Part shown: positions 56,002 through 64,000 of the stretch, piece after piece
How positions within the stretch are numbered: position 1 is the first letter of the stretch
Layout of the letters: every line of letters starts with the position of its first letter
Assembly: GCA_030834695.1 (NCBI GenBank)
Contig: JAUQXK010000097.1
Coordinates: forward strand, 24,823 to 88,822
Length of the DNA stretch: 64,000 nucleotides
Direction of reading: 5' to 3'
From: Desulfobacterales bacterium
GTDB lineage: Bacteria > Desulfobacterota > Desulfobacteria > Desulfobacterales > SpSt-501
Notes under the pieces: generated by a model
Database searches by the model: none
Seen by the model: the letters and a program-made list of their open reading frames with translations, nothing else
Told to the model about the DNA's origin: nothing
Program-made: the position numbers and the translations under genes

Positions 56002-56479
56002 AAGCAAAAGGCTCTCTGCCAACCGCAGAAAGCCTCATTCAAATTGCAGACGGTCCCATCAATCGTCTGCTCCCCCAAAAAAAGATGTTTCTCGGAATGC
56101 CGTTATTTTACCAGACCGCCGACCCCGAAGGGGGGCCAAACGGCGGAAAAGATGCACGCACATTCGAGAGACATCCTGCAAAGCCACCTCCAACCTTCCT
56201 TTTTTTAAGGTAACCCGCGGACGGCACAGGCCGCCCTGGGTTCTGTTGTAAGTGTTGAAGCCGGGTGGCTCTTTGCATTTAAGAACAAACTAATTCGAAA
56301 CTCCCCAAAAAGCAAGATTCGCGCAGGAGACTTTATGAAAATTCCAGCGCAGCTCATCGACACCCGTTAAACCGAGGCTGGCGGCACTCGACAGGTAATC
56401 CCGCACCGACCCCGCGCATCATCCGGCCGGCTCCCAGCAACCTGTTGACAATCATTATTTTTTCAAGGATCATCCGGGC

Positions 56480-56902
56480 ATGCCAACTTCAAAAAGCGAT
56501 CTTGCGAACCTGACTCTCTTGGGCCGCCAAGCGCAGCCCAGCAAAAAACTGGAGGTGTTCCCAAACCGCCATCCGGGGCGACGCTATACCGTCACCCTCA
56601 GCACCGCTGAATTCACCTGCCTGTGCCCGGCCACCGGACAACCGGACGTTGCCTCGATCACCATCAAATACATCCCCGCCAAGTGCATCCTGGAGTCCAA
56701 GTCGCTCAAACTGTATTTATGGTCCTACCGCAACGAGGGGGTTTTTCATGAACATGTGATTAATACGATCTGCGACGACCTTCTGAAGGTGCTCGATCCG
56801 CACTGGATTGAAGTAACCGGAACGTTCGGCGTACGCGGCGGAATCGGGATTACGGTGGTCGCCGCGCATGCAAGGAAATCCAGGCAAAAAATCAAACGAT
56901 AG
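56480..56902 (+). CDS. queF: NADPH-dependent 7-cyano-7-deazaguanine (preQ0) reductase
   Basis: 140 aa. FTCLCPATGQPD catalytic Cys and the QueF motif ESKSLKLYLWSY. Confidence 0.9.
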   Translation: MPTSKSDLANLTLLGRQAQPSKKLEVFPNRHPGRRYTVTLSTAEFTCLCPATGQPDVASITIKYIPAKCILESKSLKLYLWSYRNEGVFHEHVINTICDDLLKVLDPHWIEVTGTFGVRGGIGITVVAAHARKSRQKIKR

Positions 56903-56991
56903 AATCGATATGGGCGTTCCGTCTCCGCCTTTCCCGATCGCTGCCCCCAGCCGGTAATCGCAACTCGCCAAATCCCCCGGGAGCTTTCTCA

Positions 56992-57708
56992 ATGGTGAAC
57001 GACCGTTTTCTTCCGCTGATAACTGCAATCTTTGTTACGTGTTTGCTCATCTCCAACATAATTGCCGTTAAACTCGCGGCATTCGGAACCCTGCCGATAT
57101 CTGGGCCACTGGTTCTGCCGGCCGCCGTAATCATCTTTCCCCTTTCCTATGTTTTCGGTGATGTGCTGACCGAGGTCTATGGTTATGCACGGGCGCGGCA
57201 GGTCATTTGGATGGGTTTCGGCTGCAACTTATTAGCGGTTACTGCAATTTGGATGGGCGGCGTCCTGCCGGCCGCTCCGTTCTGGGATGCCGGCATATAC
57301 GGCTCCCCGGACGCGGCCCAGCAGGCATACGATTCCATCTTGGGTTTCACACCGCGACTGCTGGCGGCATCCTTTACCGCTTACCTATTCGGGGAGTTTC
57401 TGAACTCGTTCGTGCTGGCGAAGCTAAAGATCGCCACCGCGGGTAAATGGCTCTGGATGCGCACGATTTCATCTACCGTGGCGGGCCAGTTGGTCGACTC
57501 CGGCCTTTTCATCGCCATCGCTTTTGCAGGCGCTTTGCCGCTGCCGGCGCTGGGCCAACTGATGGTGACTCAATGGCTCTTTAAATCGACCTACGAGATT
57601 CTCGCAACCCCTCTCACCTATATCGTGGTCAATTTCCTTAAACGGGTCGAAAAACGGGACCACTATGACCGGGAAACAAACTTCAACCCGTTGGTGATGA
57701 GAAGCTAA
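56992..57708 (+). CDS. yhhQ: queuosine-precursor transporter (YhhQ/DUF165, VUT family)
   Basis: 238 aa, polytopic. FPLSYVFGDVLTEVYGYARARQVIW is typical of YhhQ. Confidence 0.85.
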   Translation: MVNDRFLPLITAIFVTCLLISNIIAVKLAAFGTLPISGPLVLPAAVIIFPLSYVFGDVLTEVYGYARARQVIWMGFGCNLLAVTAIWMGGVLPAAPFWDAGIYGSPDAAQQAYDSILGFTPRLLAASFTAYLFGEFLNSFVLAKLKIATAGKWLWMRTISSTVAGQLVDSGLFIAIAFAGALPLPALGQLMVTQWLFKSTYEILATPLTYIVVNFLKRVEKRDHYDRETNFNPLVMRS

Positions 57709-57721
57709 AAAAGGTGGAGCC

Positions 57722-58162
57722 ATGAAGACAAGACGCAGGTACTTGGCGGAGGCGTTAAAGCACCCGGCCGAAAGCCGTCAATCAAAGAAAGCATCCCGGA
57801 AACGAAGCATGAGTCTGCTGAGCATGGCCCTGCTGGGTGCGGTTTTATTCTGCGGAACGGCTGCTCATTCGGCCATGACCGGAGCCGATTTCCTGCAAGC
57901 CCCCCAATCGTACCAGAGTGGTTTCGTCAATGGATTCGTTAGAGGCATGTATTCGACCTGCCTGGACCATCTCGAGACCAGGAAAGAAATCTGTTCCTTT
58001 GCTCCTCAACTCGATGCCGCCTTCGACATGACCCCTGAACAGGTCCTGGATCTTTTCTTGAGCTACATCAAAAAGAATAGTGCGCTCCAGCAAAAAGAAG
58101 CATCCGAGTTGCTCGTCGACTGCCTGAAAGAGACTGCCAATAAACCAGCCAATCCCCAGTAA
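57722..58162 (+). CDS. secreted hypothetical protein
   Basis: 146 aa (alternative start at 57809, MSLLSMALLG...). Signal peptide LLGAVLFCGTAAHSA. No family recognised. Confidence 0.5.
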   Translation: MKTRRRYLAEALKHPAESRQSKKASRKRSMSLLSMALLGAVLFCGTAAHSAMTGADFLQAPQSYQSGFVNGFVRGMYSTCLDHLETRKEICSFAPQLDAAFDMTPEQVLDLFLSYIKKNSALQQKEASELLVDCLKETANKPANPQ

Positions 58163-58329
58163 GCCGATGAAAATCTTGAGCCCCGCCAAGCCGGTCTGAA
58201 AGAAAAAAGCTCTGGGGACGTTCGTGCAGAACATGCATTGGTATCCCCGAGCCGCCGCAGCCCGTGTGCGCCGGCATCATTCAAGCCGGCCGGCGAGTCA
58301 GTCTCTCCCGGCTCCGCCGGTGGGCGCGA

Positions 58330-58806
58330 TCACTGCGAACGGCACAGAAGAAAGTTGACCGCCTTCATGCTCATGACCACCTCCCGGTTTTGATTCAGCA
58401 CCTCGATGAAGGAATGCACCAGGCCGCGGTCGGGCTTCGAGCGCGATCGATCGGTCTTCGTGACGGTTACGCGCATCGTGAGGGTGTCCCCGGGCCGCAC
58501 CGGCAGGTTCCAGCGCAGCGCGTCGACCCCCGGTGAACCGAGACTGGCGGCCTTGGGAAGGTAAAACCGCACGAACTCGCGCATCATCAGCCCGGCGGTA
58601 TGCCACCCCGAGGCGATCAGCCCGCCGTAGATGCTTTCCCTGGCGGCCTGCGGGTCGGTGTGAAACGTCTGGGGATCAAACTGCCGGCCGAAGGCGATGA
58701 TGTCTTCCTCCGCCACCGTGACCGCGCCGAATTCATGAACGGCGCCGGGCTGGTAATCTTCGAAATAGCGCTCTTCCCTCGGAACGACGAAGCCATGCAA
58801 ATCCAT
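58330..58806 (-). CDS. MaoC-like (R)-specific enoyl-CoA hydratase / dehydratase
   Basis: 158 aa. FGRQFDPQTFHTDPQAARESIYGGLIASGWHT hot-dog MaoC signature. Confidence 0.85.
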   Translation of the reverse strand: MDLHGFVVPREERYFEDYQPGAVHEFGAVTVAEEDIIAFGRQFDPQTFHTDPQAARESIYGGLIASGWHTAGLMMREFVRFYLPKAASLGSPGVDALRWNLPVRPGDTLTMRVTVTKTDRSRSKPDRGLVHSFIEVLNQNREVVMSMKAVNFLLCRSQ

Positions 58807-58990
58807 GCAGTTCCCCCTATCTCAATCGCAGGCGCGGTGCCGGATCGAATCGGCTGCCATCGGCCCCCCTCTATCGCACAAAAGCCGGAGCATGCCAAAT
58901 GTGCGGCGCGGCCGGAGGAGTGACCCTGTGACCCACGACCGCGTTTTTCAGCGTCTCGTGCGAACGGCGGTTGCGGCCGCCCCAAACGGA

Positions 58991-59028
58991 ACAGCTCTTC
59001 GCGGTTGCAGAAAACCGCGAAGAGCTGT
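58991..59028. terminator. perfect 16-bp hairpin between the cytochrome operon and maoC
   Basis: ACAGCTCTTCGCGGTT-GCAGAA-AACCGCGAAGAGCTGT. No adjacent T-tract, so its function (terminator, RNA stabiliser or protein site) is open. Confidence 0.35.
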
Positions 59029-59072
59029 GGGGGGATGAGGGCGATTCGGCTCTACGAGCCGGTCAAACATGC

Positions 59073-59106
59073 GAAAGCCGCGGGCGCGGCTTTCCCTCGT
59101 TTTTTA
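59073..59106. terminator. hairpin plus T/A-tract immediately 3' of the cytochrome b gene
   Basis: GAAAGCCGCG-GG-CGCGGCTTTC followed on plus by CCTCGTTTTTTA. The geometry is bidirectional. It lies 1 nt beyond the stop of 59107..59778 (minus). Confidence 0.45.
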
Positions 59107-59778
59107 TCAGACCCGGCTTTTGACGCGTGACTTGATTTCCCATTCCTCGATGCCTTCACGTTCCTCGACCTCCTCCCAGCCGCAGATCATGGCCCGCGTG
59201 TGGGCGCCGAGGCTGTGACCGGTCGTGATCATGTATAGGTGCACGACGAGGAACGAAAGAATGGCGAATCCGCCGGCCAGATGTATGCCCGCCACCACTT
59301 TCAGCGACATCCAGCCAAGCCCCCAGGCGCTCCAGGAGTTGTAGCTCCAGTAGAGCAGCCCGCTCAGCATCTGCACCGGCAGCAGAAATGCCGCCAGGCT
59401 CAGGTAGACCAGGCGCTGCAGGGGGTTGTGTTTGGCGTCCTCCCGTTTGGGAACCGGGTGGGGTTCCCCGCGGAAAATCCCGTACATGTAATAGCGGACC
59501 ACCAGCAGCATCTTCTTGGTGGTGGGAATGTATTGCCGCCACTCGCCGGTTGTGAATATCCAGAACACGAAGAAGGCGAAGGCGATCAACCAGGTGATGC
59601 CGACGAAGTTGTGAACGTCGAAGGCGTTCTTGAATCCGAACAGAGCGTAGACCCCGTTGGTTTCAAAACCGGTGGCCAGCAGAATGACGATCAGCGCGCT
59701 CTGCAACCAGTGCCAGAATCGTTCGTAGCGGGAGTAAAGGTAGATGTTCACCATCTTGCAGGTGTCGTTTGCGTTCAT
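59107..59778 (-). CDS. membrane b-type cytochrome (PhsC / Ni-Fe-hydrogenase cytochrome b family)
   Basis: 223 aa with 4-5 TM. RYERFWHWLQSALIVILLATG and conserved His in TM helices. It starts 4 nt after the octaheme gene. Confidence 0.8.
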   Translation of the reverse strand: MNANDTCKMVNIYLYSRYERFWHWLQSALIVILLATGFETNGVYALFGFKNAFDVHNFVGITWLIAFAFFVFWIFTTGEWRQYIPTTKKMLLVVRYYMYGIFRGEPHPVPKREDAKHNPLQRLVYLSLAAFLLPVQMLSGLLYWSYNSWSAWGLGWMSLKVVAGIHLAGGFAILSFLVVHLYMITTGHSLGAHTRAMICGWEEVEEREGIEEWEIKSRVKSRV

Positions 59779-59781
59779 GGA

Positions 59782-61431
59782 TCAGCCCTCCTTCCTGCGG
59801 CTGCTGACCGCACGGCCGAGCGCATGCAGCAGGACGCCGGCGAACGAGCCCAGCACCGCCGCCCATCCCAGGATTTCGATCACCTTGTTGCCGTCGCGGC
59901 CCGGCAGGTAGACGCCCTGGATATTCGCCATGCGGCTGTTGTCCCGGGTGTGGCATTCGTTGCAGCTCACGGATTTTTCCTTCGGCGCCACCATGTGGGT
60001 CGTCGGGAACACATAGCTGGTCTCGACGAAATCAAACTGGCCGCTGAAGGGCAGGCCCGCCTTCTTCATGCCGCTTTCAAAGGCGAGCTTCCAGTCGTAT
60101 TTCGCCCAGTAGGCGTCGGAGTCGGGCGGCCCGAACAGATGCGGGACGAGCATGGTCTTGTTGACCGTATCGTATGGCTGCTTGCCGGTGTGGACCTTGA
60201 ACGGCGCGATGCGGGCGTTGGGGTCGTCGGAGCGGCCCACCGGCCAGTTGAGCGCCACCGGCCGGGTCGGATCGATCGAATCCTTTAACGACACGGCGTC
60301 GATGCGGCCGCTGTACCAGAAGTACTGCGGCTTGACATTTTTCTCCCAGGTGAAATTGCCCTTCTGGGTATCGTACACCGGCGTGCCCAGAGGCCCTTTC
60401 TCTTTGTAAGGCTTGCCGTCTTTTTTCTGGCCGGCCGTGGACCAGTCCCAACGCATCTTGGTGGGCAGCGCGCGGGCGAATTCCGAGATGTGGCAGGTCT
60501 GGCAGGCCACCTTGTCCGTGTGGTCGTTGGCCTTCGCACCCGGTTTGTGCGGGGTGGCGGTGTGGCAGGACTCGCAAGTGATCCGCGGCGTCAGGTCGTC
60601 CTGAGCCAGAGTCTTGCGCTCGGTGGCGGCCGGGGTCGAATAAATTCGGCCGGACACCTGGTGGGCGGTCGTGGTATGGCAGCGCGTGCAGTCAAAATTC
60701 TTGCCGTCGATCCCCATGTGGACGTCCAGGGCCTTGTTCGGCTTGGTCATGGAGGAGTCCAGATCGCCGTGCTTCACCATGTCCCCGCCGCCGCCGTAGA
60801 AGTGGCACACGCCGCAGTTCTCTCGGGTGGGCCGGCCCACGCTCTGGGCCACCTGATTCCATTCGGGCGGCAGGTATTTTTGACCGTCGCCAGGGAACAC
60901 GACGGGCTCCTTCGCCGGGTTGCCCGCACCGGCGGGGTGTTTTTTATAGGTACCGGTCTGTTCGTGGCAGACGAGACAGTCCACCTTGCTCGCGTCGCTG
61001 AAATCGAAGCTTTTGTCCTTCCAGCCGTAGCCGATGTGGCAGGAAGTGCAGCGCGGCTCATTGCCGTGAATGCTGACGCAATAGTTGTTGACCGTCAGCG
61101 CCCCCTTGCCCATGGGCTTGTCCTTGGGCGAGGCGGGGTCGACCCAGGTCCAGTGGATGGTCTTGTGGATCTGGGTGGCGGCCTCCGAATGGCAGCTCAG
61201 GCAGGCCTTGGTCACTTCCGGCCCGGACGTGAACGGCTGCTTCAGGGCCTCGTGCTTGGTATGGTCGGCCGTGATCCATCGTTTGGCCCCCTTGGTCGCC
61301 TGCTGGGCCATTCCCCGCCCGGGAGCCTGCTCGCCTTCGGCCGCACCCGGGTTGGCACCTAACGGATGCACGTAAAAACCGAGCATCCACAGGGCCAGAA
61401 GAATGAAACCCGCAATTTTCACCCTCTTCAT
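59782..61431 (-). CDS. octaheme c-type cytochrome, tetrathionate-reductase (Otr) family, with C-terminal TM anchor
   Basis: 549 aa. Signal peptide and eight CxxCH motifs (CLSCH, CTSCH, CLVCH, CGVCH, CTRCH, CESCH, CQTCH, CNECH). C-terminal hydrophobic helix ILGWAAVLGSFAGVLLHAL. Confidence 0.9.
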   Translation of the reverse strand: MKRVKIAGFILLALWMLGFYVHPLGANPGAAEGEQAPGRGMAQQATKGAKRWITADHTKHEALKQPFTSGPEVTKACLSCHSEAATQIHKTIHWTWVDPASPKDKPMGKGALTVNNYCVSIHGNEPRCTSCHIGYGWKDKSFDFSDASKVDCLVCHEQTGTYKKHPAGAGNPAKEPVVFPGDGQKYLPPEWNQVAQSVGRPTRENCGVCHFYGGGGDMVKHGDLDSSMTKPNKALDVHMGIDGKNFDCTRCHTTTAHQVSGRIYSTPAATERKTLAQDDLTPRITCESCHTATPHKPGAKANDHTDKVACQTCHISEFARALPTKMRWDWSTAGQKKDGKPYKEKGPLGTPVYDTQKGNFTWEKNVKPQYFWYSGRIDAVSLKDSIDPTRPVALNWPVGRSDDPNARIAPFKVHTGKQPYDTVNKTMLVPHLFGPPDSDAYWAKYDWKLAFESGMKKAGLPFSGQFDFVETSYVFPTTHMVAPKEKSVSCNECHTRDNSRMANIQGVYLPGRDGNKVIEILGWAAVLGSFAGVLLHALGRAVSSRRKEG

Positions 61432-61607
61432 ACTGCCCTCCCGTTAATGGATTTATATGGTCAACCGACCTGCGGTTGATGAATGGCTCAACGACTGTGG
61501 ACAGCGAGACCGACTTGCCGAAGCAAGTTCTGAAAAGCGAAAGCAATGAGCATACCAGCCCTCGGCAGCCGACGATGACTCTGCAATTTTGGTCTTCACC
61601 AGCCCGG

Positions 61608-61641
61608 ATTAATCTTTAACTATATAATTTTAAAGATTAAT
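61608..61641. promoter_or_regulatory. 12-bp perfect inverted repeat ATTAATCTTTAA-N10-TTAAAGATTAAT
   Basis: Arms at 61608-61619 and 61630-61641. The spacer CTATATAATT contains a TATAAT-like hexamer. It lies 177 bp upstream of the octaheme cytochrome start in an AT-rich intergenic region. Confidence 0.4.
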
Positions 61642-61772
61642 TTTGCTTGCGGATGAACGCGAGAAAATTATTGGCTGGTAACCTGCGCGCCGGGATATGA
61701 GCGGAGAAGCGTTAATACAGGAAACAGGTGTAAATTAACAGTTAAGCTCAGATAAACACGCCTGCGACAGCT

Positions 61773-62171
61773 CTATTGGCTGAATTGCATGAACGGCGTG
61801 GCGCTCTGGCCGTCGACTCCCGGCCGATTCTTCTGCCAATCAAGAATCCGGCAGCCGTCACCTTCGCCGGAAGGCGCCTGGCAGCTGATAATCGGCATGA
61901 CAGGATCCCCCGCCACGGACTGAAAGTTAAACATTTTGGCACGGTCCGATGGCACTTCCTCCATCTCCAGCATATGGATCAGGTATACAAGCGAATCGCC
62001 CTCGAAGAAGCCCGTCGACGCTCGGGCGTCGTCGATGCGTTTCTTGAAATTTTCCAGAGCGGCGTTCTTGTCCTTCGCGGAAACAAGCAAATTGAATTCA
62101 CCATGCCGGCGCCGGGTTTCGTCTTTCACCTGCTGATTGGTGGTATACAAGAATTTGCCGATATAAATCAT
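61773..62171 (-). CDS. hypothetical protein (132 aa)
   Basis: MIYIGKFLYTTNQQVKDETRRRHGEFNLLVSAKDKNAALENFKKRIDDA... No family recognised. G+C is lower than the average for the window. Confidence 0.5.
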   Translation of the reverse strand: MIYIGKFLYTTNQQVKDETRRRHGEFNLLVSAKDKNAALENFKKRIDDARASTGFFEGDSLVYLIHMLEMEEVPSDRAKMFNFQSVAGDPVMPIISCQAPSGEGDGCRILDWQKNRPGVDGQSATPFMQFSQ

Positions 62172-62298
62172 CGCGCTGCCTTTCTGGTTTGCATGCCAAC
62201 CGCATCCGTAGTCATTTTAGCCGGTCGACCGTCGTTTGTCCAGCCGTCTCGAAAAGAATGAAGCGCCCCGGCGCGCCGCTTCTTCGGCTGCGGGCGCA

Positions 62299-62796
62299 TC
62301 ATCCGTCCTTGAGGATCTGATTGACCAGCTTGCCGTCGGCGGTCTTACCGAAGTGTTTCATGATGGCGCCCATCGCCTGCATCCGATTCTTATACTGCCC
62401 GAGGTCGAGATTGGCCTTGATCCATGCCACGATCTCCTCCCGGGACGCCTGCCGGGGCAGGTAGGACTCAAGGATCCGAAGGTATTCGGAACTGGCCTCC
62501 TTTTTGGCCTCCAGCACGATGCGCTCGGATTTGATCAGGCCCTGGATGATGCCGATGATGTCGTCGTTGGTGATCTCATCGGGCTTCTTGGGCCGGGTGG
62601 ATTTCTTGCCGCCTTCCAGCGTGACCGGCAGCGTCAGCTTGAAGAACTCCGACATGATCTGGCGGATCGTGTTCTTCAAGGCGTCATGCTTGGAGCGCAG
62701 TGCCAGTTTCAAGTCCTCCCTGAGCTTGTCCTGCAGGGACAGCGGCAGGTCCGGGTTCCAGCCGTGAACGGATGGGGTCTCGGTCATTGCGTTCAT
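62299..62796 (-). CDS. GatB/YqeY-domain protein
   Basis: 165 aa. LKLALRSKHDALKNTIRQIMSE...ESYLPRQASREEIVAWIK...GKTADGKLVNQILKD follows the YqeY layout. Confidence 0.8.
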   Translation of the reverse strand: MNAMTETPSVHGWNPDLPLSLQDKLREDLKLALRSKHDALKNTIRQIMSEFFKLTLPVTLEGGKKSTRPKKPDEITNDDIIGIIQGLIKSERIVLEAKKEASSEYLRILESYLPRQASREEIVAWIKANLDLGQYKNRMQAMGAIMKHFGKTADGKLVNQILKDG

Positions 62797-62841
62797 CTCC
62801 TCCAGTTCGAAAGGAAGCCGGCCGGGGTCCGCGGTTTGCGC

Positions 62842-64000
<1,159 letters not shown>

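Noticed and set aside
56002-56479. preQ1 riboswitch upstream of queF-yhhQ.
   Set aside because: No P1 stem plus CCC...A-rich-tail (AAAAAACUA) arrangement of class I was found. Classes II and III were also not recognisable. This needs a covariance-model scan to be definitive.

Overview
High-G+C chromosomal window that looks like an anaerobic Desulfobacterota-type bacterium (sulfate-reducer or syntroph-like; this is an inference from gene content). I count about 70 protein-coding genes. I found no rRNA, tRNA, CRISPR array, transposase or integrase by eye. Main blocks in order: (1) dodecin, a hotdog thioesterase and a secreted trypsin-like protease. (2) A four-gene 2-oxoacid dehydrogenase complex (E1a-E1b-E2-E3). 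(3) Acyl-CoA dehydrogenase and quinone oxidoreductase, archease-RtcB RNA ligase, and a tandem USP. (4) A DUF2318-FtsX-ABC module plus a Cys-rich secreted protein. (5) The most striking part: 17 consecutive plus-strand genes form an O2/NO-defence supercluster behind a divergent HcpR-like regulator. They encode Hcp, an FrdX-like ferredoxin, rubrerythrin, desulfoferrodoxin, flavodoxin, three rubredoxin-type proteins, a flavodiiron protein, a ferredoxin, a triheme c7-type cytochrome and an Isf-ArsC fusion, interleaved with six unknown ORFs. CopZ-CysQ-CopA follow directly. (6) An ECF sigma factor with an RsrA-like soluble ZAS anti-sigma factor, then FeoAB. (7) Lower-G+C accessory patches: LuxR-type/PilZ/OsmC, a STAS-like singleton, and an orphan ExeA-type ATPase. 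(8) A ~1330-aa 7TM/multi-PAS/GAF HisKA_3 kinase. (9) An anchorless SdhAB operon with DksA and two unknown ORFs. (10) QueF-YhhQ. (11) An octaheme tetrathionate-reductase-family cytochrome plus cytochrome b. Signals not explained by genes: two identical FNR/CRP-type boxes with class II geometry; a 19/21-identical TAC-N10-GTA motif upstream of two genes; a GCATAGGG-type intercistronic hairpin repeat at two loci; a 12-bp perfect inverted repeat upstream of the octaheme operon; and a ~700-bp gene-poor structured region. No database search or computation was run. All family calls rest on motif recognition in the translated ORFs.
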